Virus record (IMG/VR): IMGVR_UViG_3300037789_000064
Span: 1-35,889 of that record
Reading direction: 5' to 3' (one strand)
Length of the DNA stretch: 35,889 bases
Source: a virus
Lineage: Duplodnaviria > Caudoviricetes
Position 1 is the first letter of the stretch. Each line of letters begins with the position of its first letter. The position numbers and the translations under genes are program-made. Under the pieces are notes generated by a model that was given only the letters and a program-made list of their open reading frames with translations, had not been told where the DNA came from and searched no databases. Below, piece by piece: positions 1 to 6,957 of the stretch.

Positions 1-127
1 CCGGCCTGATTTGCGCAAATTTCACGAGTGTTTTCTCAGTCATCGCTGCCCGCCTTTCGCCAGATGATCGAACCGGCATCGCGCACAAACACACCGCCAT
101 CAGCCGATCGATCACGCGCCGCATCCC
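1..127 (+). repeat. 127-bp direct terminal repeat, copy 1 (circular assembly overlap)
   Basis: Identical to 35763-35889; ORFs read through the junction. Confidence 0.95.
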
Positions 128-275
128 GAAAAATGACGGTCCCCAGAAACACCATCACCACCAGCAGCACCGAAGCGTGCAGCCAGACGCGCCGGTTCAC
201 GCACAACCAGAAAATCGGCCAGCAGACGCCGATAAGAACAAGCCAGCCGGCAGCCTGGGACGACACCAAAATCAT
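36..275 (-). CDS. Small membrane protein, early operon
   Basis: Two hydrophobic segments; start overlaps the cro stop (ATGA at 272-275). Confidence 0.6.
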   Translation of the reverse strand: MILVSSQAAGWLVLIGVCWPIFWLCVNRRVWLHASVLLVVMVFLGTVIFRDAARDRSADGGVFVRDAGSIIWRKAGSDD

Positions 276-469
276 GCCGATATCCCCAGTTCCCGTAGTG
301 CATCAAGCACCGCCTTGCGTGTGCTGTTGTTTGGCTTCCGGTCTTCCTGAATACCTTTGATGAACGTGCTCTCTGAAATGCCGGCCCGCCGTGAAATTTC
401 CGCGCGTGATACACCTGCCCGCCTGCGCAGGTCCTCCAGTTCGCCCCATGACAACAATGGATAGGCCAT
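272..469 (-). CDS. Cro-like XRE helix-turn-helix regulator
   Basis: LRRRAGVSRAEISRRAGISESTF HTH; GAGGG RBS; divergent from the repressor. Confidence 0.85.
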   Translation of the reverse strand: MAYPLLSWGELEDLRRRAGVSRAEISRRAGISESTFIKGIQEDRKPNNSTRKAVLDALRELGISA

Positions 470-492
470 GCGTTTTCCCTCTTGATTTCAAG

Positions 493-529
493 AAATCGCA
501 TCACGATGTGATTTGTATTGTATTGTCAA
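493..529. promoter_or_regulatory. Candidate operator palindrome and leftward promoter -35
   Basis: AAATCGCATC-AC-GATGTGATTT (493-514, one mismatch); TTGACA on the minus strand at 524-529; lies between cro and cI. Confidence 0.6.
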
Positions 530-580
530 GCGAAAAGTATTTTGATGTTAGTTTTGAGAAATCGATCTACCTATCGGCTT

Positions 581-1195
581 ATGACAAGCCCTCGCCAAAA
601 ACAGGTGGATTGGATCAACGCAATCCTTGACCAGCGCGGATGGACAAAGACCCATCTGGCTCGCATGGCCAATTTGAGCGCATCAACCTTGACCAAATTT
701 ATGGCGGCGGATGACGAACATACTTTGTCATCCAACACGCTGGAGAAGATACGCAGGGCTTCAAATTTTGAATTGTATCAGTCCACCCCTGTCACACCGC
801 AGCGCGGCACGTCTGCACAGGAAGCTATTGAATTTGATTACGAAATGGTTCAAGACACGGCCATTTCCAACGCCTTGCGCAGCGCTGCGAGCGCCTGCAA
901 TCAATCACAGATATGGCGTCTGAACAGCCGCGCCCTCGAAAATGCCGGCTATTTGCCTGGTGACTATTTGCTGGTAGATGCATCAGCCGAGCCAAAGCTC
1001 GGAGATACGGTTTGTGCGCGTCTGAAGCAGACAGAACAGACTGATCCAACCACTATTATTCGAATTTTTGAAAGCCCGTTTCTGGTGCCCGCAACCACCG
1101 ATCAGAGCTTGTTGCGCCCCCTCCTGCTGGACGGCCAATCAGTCACGATTGCAGGTGTAGTGGTTGCCAGCTTCCGACCCCGCCGCGCGGCATAG
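581..1195 (+). CDS. CI-like repressor (XRE HTH plus degenerate S24 domain)
   Basis: N-terminal HTH (GWTKTHLARMANLSASTLTKF); C-terminal GYLPGDYLLVD...GDTVCA S24-like fold; ATG 581 preferred over TTG 518. Confidence 0.85.
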   Translation: MTSPRQKQVDWINAILDQRGWTKTHLARMANLSASTLTKFMAADDEHTLSSNTLEKIRRASNFELYQSTPVTPQRGTSAQEAIEFDYEMVQDTAISNALRSAASACNQSQIWRLNSRALENAGYLPGDYLLVDASAEPKLGDTVCARLKQTEQTDPTTIIRIFESPFLVPATTDQSLLRPLLLDGQSVTIAGVVVASFRPRRAA

Positions 1196-1275
1196 GCCCA
1201 TATCCGGCTTTTTCACCAACTTATCCATCAAAAATTGGCATTTGCGTCTTTCAATCCGATTCATTCGGATTAGAG

Positions 1276-1346
1276 AATTCGCATGAATTCGCCTATATTA
1301 TGCGAATTTACTTGTGAATATACGAAAATTATCACATATGTGAAAA
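1276..1346. promoter_or_regulatory. AT-rich promoter/operator region of the xis-int operon
   Basis: AATTCGCAT (1276-1284), inverted pair 1286-1294/1300-1308, palindrome TCACATATGTGA (1332-1343). Confidence 0.5.
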
Positions 1347-1393
1347 ATCGCCACCGCTGCATGAGGCAGCCGGCACGATTTGGAGCATCACAT

Positions 1394-1663
1394 ATGAGCA
1401 ATCCACACATGGTTCCCCAAACGACAAACGCCAAGGGTGCGGCGCGTATGCTGGGAATGTCCGTTGGGTCCTTTTACAACCGGAAAACCAAACTGGCCGC
1501 CGCAGGCTTTCCCGAACGTTTGCCTGGTACAAATGTCTGGAGCGTTCCTGCCATTCATCGCTGGATTGACAGCAATGGCGAAACCGCAGCACCTGACCAG
1601 ACAAATGAAGTTGATGCAGCTCGCAACCGCCTGCAGGATAAGTATGCGGGGGCCGCATCATGA
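1394..1663 (+). CDS. AlpA/excisionase-like DNA-binding protein
   Basis: AARMLGMSVGSFY...GFPERL...WSVPAIHRWID pattern; GGAG RBS at 1382-1385; first gene of the integrase operon. Confidence 0.7.
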   Translation: MSNPHMVPQTTNAKGAARMLGMSVGSFYNRKTKLAAAGFPERLPGTNVWSVPAIHRWIDSNGETAAPDQTNEVDAARNRLQDKYAGAAS

Positions 1664-1923
1664 ACACACACCTCAAAACCCCGGAGGAATGGGCCGCCTA
1701 TGCCGCAGGCCTGGAACGATGCATTGCCGCCCAGTCAAACCGTGAAATGGATCTGCGCTGGCAACTCGCCAGCACCATGGGCCAACTGAAGGAAGCCCAG
1801 GCCCAGGCCGGCGCATTTTGCCACCGCGCCATGCAACTGGAGCGTCAGCTGGGGCAAACCGGCGCCAATGCAATTGCAATCCCACACGCGGGTTACAAAA
1901 AAGTTGGGGGCAATCATGGCTGA
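1660..1923 (+). CDS. Hypothetical coiled-coil protein
   Basis: ATGA overlap with the upstream gene; helical composition. Confidence 0.65.
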   Translation: MNTHLKTPEEWAAYAAGLERCIAAQSNREMDLRWQLASTMGQLKEAQAQAGAFCHRAMQLERQLGQTGANAIAIPHAGYKKVGGNHG

Positions 1924-2185
1924 TCAGGTTAAGGCACCAAGTCTCACAAAACATCAGCGCAAACTTCTGAGGCTGATCGACAACACACGTTTTTTCCGAG
2001 TGCATGGCGGTTATCGCGGCACCGGCACCCAGCTGATCAAACTTGAAACCGCCAGAAACCTCAAACGGCAAAGGCTCGCCCGCGAAGCCATGGCACGAAC
2101 CGCAAGAGGCACACACCCGGTCCTGCAGATCACCGGCCACGGCAAAGACATGCTGGCCGGCATCGTCCAGGAGCATCTGCTTTAA
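1916..2185 (+). CDS. Basic hypothetical protein, possible winged helix
   Basis: GGGGG RBS; overlaps the upstream stop; LTKHQRKLL...LQITGHGK pattern. Confidence 0.6.
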   Translation: MADQVKAPSLTKHQRKLLRLIDNTRFFRVHGGYRGTGTQLIKLETARNLKRQRLAREAMARTARGTHPVLQITGHGKDMLAGIVQEHLL

Positions 2186-2220
2186 GCAACCATCCACTCT
2201 AACATCAAGGAACCACCGCT

Positions 2221-3537
2221 ATGTCCGCAACCGCCACACTGGACGCTCCGCGCGCCCGCGCCTATCCTGCCCGCTCCACCACCGCTGGAGCAAAGCCCAT
2301 GGGCAAAGTCACAATATCCATTCCACTGATCACCTGGCGCGATGGCCGACCGCGTTTCATCCCCGGCAAACAGGCCCGCCACGAAGGCTGGACCGGCGAG
2401 GATCTGCGCCACGGCGCAACCGGCCCGTGGTATTCCCTGGACGAAGCCATTGCCTGGTCAGAACAGCGCCAGCAGGACATGGCGGACAAACGCCAGGCTG
2501 CCCTTGAAAGCGCTGCAAAAGCGGCCGCACCGGCCCCGCGCCGGCCAATCAGCAACAGCGTTGGCCATGTGTTCGCCGCCTGGCAAAAATCACCACCCTT
2601 CCAGAGCAAGGTGTGGACCGATGGCCGCAAACGCCGCAAGCCGCTGGGCAGGAAAACCATCCATTTCTACAATTACAATTCCGGCATCTTTCAGGATCGT
2701 TTCCCCGATGTCTGGGCATCACCCGTAGCAGCCCTCACACCATCCGTGGTCGACGGCATGTTCGAAATTCTGGAACAGGAGCGCGGCCTGTCCACAGCCC
2801 GTGCCGTCATTGCCACATTGCGCGTTGCCCTGTCCTTTGCCCGCCGCAAGGGAATGATCAACGATAATCCTGCAAAGGATCTGGCTCTGCCCATGGCACA
2901 GCCCCGTGTACGTGCCGCATCGATCACCGAAATCCAGAGCCTGATCAACACGGCCGACGCCATTGGCCGTCCGGATCTGGGAGACATGGTCCTGTTTGCC
3001 ACCGTCACCGGCCAGCGCCAGGGCGACCGCATATCCATGATTGCCGATCAGATCGCCCAGGACAGGGTCACATTGCGCCAAAGCAAGCGCGGCAAGCTGA
3101 TCAGTGTCAAAATCGTGCCCGCCCTTGCAAGGCGTCTCATGGCCGCCATGCAGCGCCGCAGCGCCCAGACGGTGCAGTGCCCCCAGCTGATGATCGATGA
3201 AGCCAACAACGCGCCCTGGACCAGCGATCGCTATTCCAAAACATTCGCCCGGTTGCGCAAACAGGCAGTGGCAGGCGTTGCCGATGAAGCCGGCAACTGG
3301 ATATCACCACCCTGCGAAACACTGGCAGATCTGACAGACCAGGATCTGAAGGACACCAACCAGACGTGGCTGGCCAACGCATCGGCCACTGATGTCGAAA
3401 TGGCAGCCATTGCCGGCCACAGTGAAGCAACCGCCGCCAACACCCGCAAACACTACGTCGCCATCAACGCCAAACAATCCGACAACGCCATCGACAAACT
3501 GGAAATCTGGCTGGCAGCTGAAGGCGCAAAATTTTGA
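2221..3537 (+). CDS. int: Tyrosine recombinase / phage integrase
   Basis: TGQRQGD (Arg I), QSKRG (Lys), QDLKDT (degenerate HxxR), AGHS, KHY (Tyr); AAGGA RBS. Confidence 0.92.
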   Translation: MSATATLDAPRARAYPARSTTAGAKPMGKVTISIPLITWRDGRPRFIPGKQARHEGWTGEDLRHGATGPWYSLDEAIAWSEQRQQDMADKRQAALESAAKAAAPAPRRPISNSVGHVFAAWQKSPPFQSKVWTDGRKRRKPLGRKTIHFYNYNSGIFQDRFPDVWASPVAALTPSVVDGMFEILEQERGLSTARAVIATLRVALSFARRKGMINDNPAKDLALPMAQPRVRAASITEIQSLINTADAIGRPDLGDMVLFATVTGQRQGDRISMIADQIAQDRVTLRQSKRGKLISVKIVPALARRLMAAMQRRSAQTVQCPQLMIDEANNAPWTSDRYSKTFARLRKQAVAGVADEAGNWISPPCETLADLTDQDLKDTNQTWLANASATDVEMAAIAGHSEATAANTRKHYVAINAKQSDNAIDKLEIWLAAEGAKF

Positions 3538-3761
3538 GCGAAGCCACCAAACTCGAAACCCTGGGCGATCTGATTGACCAGGGCTATGGCCTCGAAGGAT
3601 CATGCTACCCGTGCAAGCGCTTCGCACCGATCGATCCGCGCGCACTGGCAAAACGCCTGGGCCGCGATTTCGTATTCATCAGCAATCTGGATGGCAAACT
3701 GCGCTGCAAACAGTGCGGGCAGAAGACAGTACGCGTGAACCTGGCACCACCGACAAGCTGA
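3534..3761 (+). CDS. Small zinc-ribbon protein
   Basis: CYPC and CKQC pairs; TTG start overlaps the integrase stop. Confidence 0.7.
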   Translation: MSEATKLETLGDLIDQGYGLEGSCYPCKRFAPIDPRALAKRLGRDFVFISNLDGKLRCKQCGQKTVRVNLAPPTS

Positions 3762-3770
3762 GGAAAAACT

Positions 3771-4010
3771 ATGACAACAAGCAATGGCATTGGCCGAAAA
3801 TACACCGGACCTGAAAATATCCGGGTCATCATTTACAAATCATCTTGCCGCTGGTTCGCCCAGGGACTGGAGCACGACATTTGCGTACAGGCCCAGAACA
3901 TTGATGATCTGCCTGGTCGCTTCGAAGTCGCCGTTCGGCTGGAAGCAGAAGACGGACTGAAACGCATCCCACCGGCACCACTACGGTTTCACGATATGTG
4001 GCGTTGGTAG
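3771..4010 (+). CDS. HicB-like (antitoxin N-terminal fold) small protein
   Basis: GAGGA RBS; IRVIIYK...WFAQGLEHDICVQAQNIDDL resembles the HicB/DUF1902 beta-beta-beta-alpha pattern. The ORF is well supported; the family is tentative. Confidence 0.5.
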   Translation: MTTSNGIGRKYTGPENIRVIIYKSSCRWFAQGLEHDICVQAQNIDDLPGRFEVAVRLEAEDGLKRIPPAPLRFHDMWRW

Positions 4011-4072
4011 TAACGACAAAAATCTGTTTATCTACCTGTATTGTTGTACGGACATTTTTTTGATAGGAAATG

Positions 4073-4256
4073 CCCACCGGGGCACCGCTGCTACGCAGCG
4101 TCATTCCGGTGGGACGTTATTCAGTCTCTTAAAACCATAGGCTTTTTACGGTCCTTGCCGTCTCCTGTCTTTGGTTCTGCTTCACGCATAGCGGCCAAGC
4201 TTTTGCGCGTGAGGCACTCGATCTCTGGCGACGACACCATTCAAGTGTCGTCGCCG
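4073..4256 (+). ncRNA. Candidate structured non-coding element (three hairpins)
   Basis: Stems 4073-4080/4106-4113 with inner stem 4086-4091/4095-4100; 4178-4187/4207-4216; perfect 11-bp stem 4227-4237/4245-4255. Confidence 0.35.
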
Positions 4257-4424
4257 TTGTCTTCTGCTTCAGTCCAGCCTCAAGATGATGACATCAACGA
4301 TCCGAAATGGTCAGGGTGTGATCCGTTTCGTAAATTTAGGTCTGAATAGCGGAATAAATCATTGCAATTCAATAGGTTGCACGAGTGAATCGTTTTGTCA
4401 CAATTCCAGGTGATACCCACCTGA

Positions 4425-4859
4425 TCACCGGCACCAGAATTCATCACCATCCGGCCACGATCGTGCCAGCCCGGCCGCAATCAGCAGATCCCCAACATCA
4501 ACCCCGTCGATCCGGATGGTCGCCAGTTGCCGCTTGCCCGTCCGGTCCAGGCCAAAGGTTTCGATGGTCCAGGCATTTTCATTCAGCAGCTGGAGCAACA
4601 TCGCACTCGCCTTGTGCGCAAGCCGCCGTTCAGATGCACCGTTGCACAGGTTTGTGTATGGCTCCGGAGTGTCAAAAGATTTCAGGCGAATGTTGACGCC
4701 ATCGAGCCACAGCGTGTCCCCATCCACAATACAGGTTTCCGTGGGAGACCGTTGCTGTCCGGACACGCACATGTCGATGGCAGATGCTGGTGAAGCGATG
4801 CAACATAGAGTGAGACATTGTAAGGCGACCCTGATCAAGCCTTTCGTGCCAGTCTTCAC
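4425..4859 (-). CDS. Exported thermonuclease (SNase family)
   Basis: IVDGDTL, IRLKSFDTPE, DRTGKRQLA, DVGDLLIAAGLAR motifs; GTG 4859 lies 1 nt after the upstream stop and yields a signal-peptide-like N-terminus. Confidence 0.88.
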   Translation of the reverse strand: MKTGTKGLIRVALQCLTLCCIASPASAIDMCVSGQQRSPTETCIVDGDTLWLDGVNIRLKSFDTPEPYTNLCNGASERRLAHKASAMLLQLLNENAWTIETFGLDRTGKRQLATIRIDGVDVGDLLIAAGLARSWPDGDEFWCR

Positions 4860-4860
4860 T

Positions 4861-5262
4861 CTAAAACGGCATAGTGCGCCACAAATAACGGGCAATGTCA
4901 TTACGAGCACCATCATCTCCCATGAAGGTTGAAACATACCCTCCTGCAATCAACAAAGTCAGCCCAACTACCCATCTCATATACCGTTGTGGCTTCGTAC
5001 CTTTCCACTCGATTTCTGTGATCGTGCCTTCATTGTAGAGCTGTTTCAACTTTATGTATTCCACGTCGCGCAAGTGCCAAAAGAGGCACAAGGGCCCAAA
5101 CAGCACCACGTAAGTCAGGATATCCCACATCCCAATCAGCAGCATCCCAAGAACCGAACCCTTTTGAGCACCGACAACCACACCAGGAACAACAAAAAAA
5201 ACCACGAAAAACCCGAACAGAATGGGCAATGCGGGGAAGCGATTGATTAAATTTGATATCAA
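4861..5262 (-). CDS. Membrane protein (about 3 TM segments)
   Basis: Hydrophobic segments; TTG start overlaps the TGA of the upstream small ORF. Confidence 0.65.
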   Translation of the reverse strand: MISNLINRFPALPILFGFFVVFFVVPGVVVGAQKGSVLGMLLIGMWDILTYVVLFGPLCLFWHLRDVEYIKLKQLYNEGTITEIEWKGTKPQRYMRWVVGLTLLIAGGYVSTFMGDDGARNDIARYLWRTMPF

Positions 5263-5357
5263 TTCGAATTTCCGATCACTATGATCTTCACCTGTTTGGG
5301 CGCATCATCTTCATCACACGGCGGCAAGAAACGCGCGTTCATCACCATCGTGAACAT
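5259..5357 (-). CDS. 32-aa small ORF (MFTMVMNARFLPPCDEDDAPKQVKIIVIGNSN)
   Basis: Translated by hand; GAGGGG RBS; fills the gap between neighbours and overlaps the next start. Confidence 0.4.
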   Translation of the reverse strand: MFTMVMNARFLPPCDEDDAPKQVKIIVIGNSN

Positions 5358-5370
5358 TGGCTACCCCTCA

Positions 5371-5592
5371 TTAAAACCGGTTCTTCGAGGCATATCCATT
5401 CTTTGCAAGCAACCATCCAATTGCAAATCCGACAGCAGATCCCGCCAATGCACTGAAAGCAAACCCTGGCACCGCAGCACCCACAGCAAGTGACGCCAAC
5501 AGAAAGAGAAAGGCGGCGACGGCCAAAATCCACCAGGGTTCTGCCCTGGCAAGGCCGAACCCCAAACCGATCAAGAGTGCAGCAAACAACAT
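5371..5592 (-). CDS. Small, very hydrophobic membrane protein
   Basis: GGGAGG RBS; almost entirely hydrophobic, 73 aa. Confidence 0.7.
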   Translation of the reverse strand: MLFAALLIGLGFGLARAEPWWILAVAAFLFLLASLAVGAAVPGFAFSALAGSAVGFAIGWLLAKNGYASKNRF

Positions 5593-5663
5593 TCCAACCC
5601 CTCCCTTTAGACGCGTGAAGTCTACCCGTTCTCAAACAAAAGTTGAGTCTTTTTTCATGAAAC

Positions 5664-5692
5664 TTGACAAATTTCTAACAAAACCTCATTTT
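5664..5692 (+). promoter_or_regulatory. Candidate sigma70 promoter of the c4-antirepressor transcript
   Basis: TTGACA (5664-5669), 17-nt spacer, CATTTT; AT-rich context. Confidence 0.5.
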
Positions 5693-5723
5693 CTATCTGT
5701 GTTCGCAAAATCGGACACCCGGA

Positions 5724-5746
5724 TTGAGAGCCGGAAAGTATCCAGG
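5724..5746 (+). promoter_or_regulatory. Upstream C4 target pair (a1/b1-like)
   Basis: TTGAGAG 5724-5730 and ATCCAGG 5740-5746. Confidence 0.8.
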
Positions 5747-5785
5747 CCGATCGCGCCTTAGACACCCGTCAGGGCGCGTTTTCTA

Positions 5786-5863
5786 TGGTCGGGCGACGCG
5801 GGAAGTCTTCGGACTTGCCGTCTTCCTGGATGCACGGTCTCTCAACCCGCGTTCGTCCGGCCA
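5786..5863 (+). ncRNA. c4: C4-type antisense RNA (P1/P7 c4, P4 CI-like)
   Basis: Closing stems TGGTCGGGCGA/TCGTCCGGCCA and ACGCGGG/CCCGCGT, a cUUCGg hairpin, and single-stranded CCTGGAT (5825-5831) and CTCTCAA (5839-5845) complementary to sites on both sides; directly upstream of an antirepressor. Confidence 0.85.
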
Positions 5864-5868
5864 CCCTT

Positions 5869-5904
5869 TTGAGAGGGGGTGGCCTCCACTACTTGATCCA
5901 GGAG
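5869..5904 (+). promoter_or_regulatory. Downstream C4 target pair (a2/b2-like) overlapping the antirepressor RBS
   Basis: TTGAGAG 5869-5875; ATCCAGGA 5896-5903 overlaps AGGAG 5900-5904. Confidence 0.8.
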
Positions 5905-5910
5905 ACCCAC

Positions 5911-6795
5911 ATGATACCCGAAATTCAGAACTTTGCCTTCGAAGAACATCTAGTCCGCATTGTGATGCGCGACAGCGAGCCGTGGTTCGTAGGAGTTGAT
6001 GTTTGCCGCGCTATGGCGCTCGCAAAACCAGATAGTGCGCTCAAAAGACTGGACGATGATGAGAAATACACCCTTACTGAGGGGGTAATTAACGATCAAC
6101 GCGGTCCCAATGTCCGTTTAGTCATATCAGAACCCGGTCTTTACCGGTTGATCTTTTCATCCCGAAAAGAGGAAGCCGAACGGTTCAAGCGCTGGATCGC
6201 CCATGATGTGCTGCCGTCTCTGCGCAAACATGGTTTCTATGCCATGCCATCACCGCAGGATCTGGAAGACGAACCGGATAACCGCATTGCATCCAGCACC
6301 GAACGCCGGCACGCCATCGATCTGGTGCGGGAGTATCGGCTGCTGTTCGGCAATGAACGCGCCCGGCAACTCTGGCAGAAGATCGGCCTGCCCCACATCA
6401 TCACATCAGACGGCCCATTGCTCGAAGCAACAGACAATGCCCGCGCATGCCTGGCATTAATCCTCAGTCACAAATTCATGGTCGATGATGTCGAGCTCAC
6501 AATTCGCACCGAACTGGACAACGCCTTCAATGGTGGCATCTGCGCCAGGGACGAACTGGAAAAACTCGGTATCAAGATCGACACCGAAATGGACGGCTTC
6601 TATCTGGCCAACCGCAACATCAAACTCGACTGGATTTTTTCCGGCACCGCCTGGGAGAATTCCAGATGGAACCAGACCCTGAAAAACCTGCCCGGCACCA
6701 TGACCGGAAAGAAATTTTATTTCGCTGGAAAACTGTCCCGCTGCCTGTTCATTCCAGTGGAACATCTGGACTACCCGGCAATGGTGCTGAACTGA
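5911..6795 (+). CDS. Bro-N domain antirepressor-like protein
   Basis: EPWFVGVDVCRAM...ISEPGLYRLIFSSRKEEAERFKRWIAHDVLPSLRKHGFY is a classic Bro-N signature; AGGAG RBS before ATG 5911. Confidence 0.9.
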   Translation: MIPEIQNFAFEEHLVRIVMRDSEPWFVGVDVCRAMALAKPDSALKRLDDDEKYTLTEGVINDQRGPNVRLVISEPGLYRLIFSSRKEEAERFKRWIAHDVLPSLRKHGFYAMPSPQDLEDEPDNRIASSTERRHAIDLVREYRLLFGNERARQLWQKIGLPHIITSDGPLLEATDNARACLALILSHKFMVDDVELTIRTELDNAFNGGICARDELEKLGIKIDTEMDGFYLANRNIKLDWIFSGTAWENSRWNQTLKNLPGTMTGKKFYFAGKLSRCLFIPVEHLDYPAMVLN

Positions 6796-6862
6796 CAAAA
6801 AAGAACGCTTTGGCAACATCAGGTCTCATATGAGACCATGAGACCTGATTTTGTGGTCTCAC

Positions 6863-6877
6863 GTTCTGGTTACGTTC
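6863..6877. promoter_or_regulatory. Alphaproteobacterial LexA box-like site
   Basis: GTTC-TGGTTAC-GTTC; a near-match GAAC-N7-CAAC lies at 6803-6817. Confidence 0.5.
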
Positions 6878-6909
6878 CTGCCGAATATCGGCTAAGTCAT
6901 TGAAAGTAA

Positions 6910-6957
6910 TGGTGCCGGCACCAGGATTCGAACCCGGGACCTACTGATTACAAATCA
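6910..6957 (-). tRNA. 3' fragment of tRNA-Thr(UGU), the attP identity block (not a full tRNA)
   Basis: Minus strand TGATTTGTAATCAGTAGGTCCCGGGTTCGAATCCTGGTGCCGGCACCA: anticodon loop TTTGTAA, T-arm GTTCGAATC, CCA end; 5' half absent. Confidence 0.92.

Noticed and set aside
1-127. Biological terminal repeat of the virion DNA
   Set aside because: Exactly 127 bp, a common assembler k-mer length, and it falls inside coding sequence; best explained as a circular assembly overlap.
4041-4349. 102-aa plus-strand ORF over the hairpin region
   Set aside because: TTG start without an RBS and atypical composition.
5785-5910. 42-aa N-terminal extension of the antirepressor (Ash-like peptide)
   Set aside because: It overlies the C4 RNA structure and lacks an RBS, while ATG 5911 has AGGAG and starts the Bro-N domain. 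Low-level translation is not excluded.
6910-6957. Functional phage tRNA gene
   Set aside because: The D-arm and 5' acceptor strand are missing; it is an att identity block.
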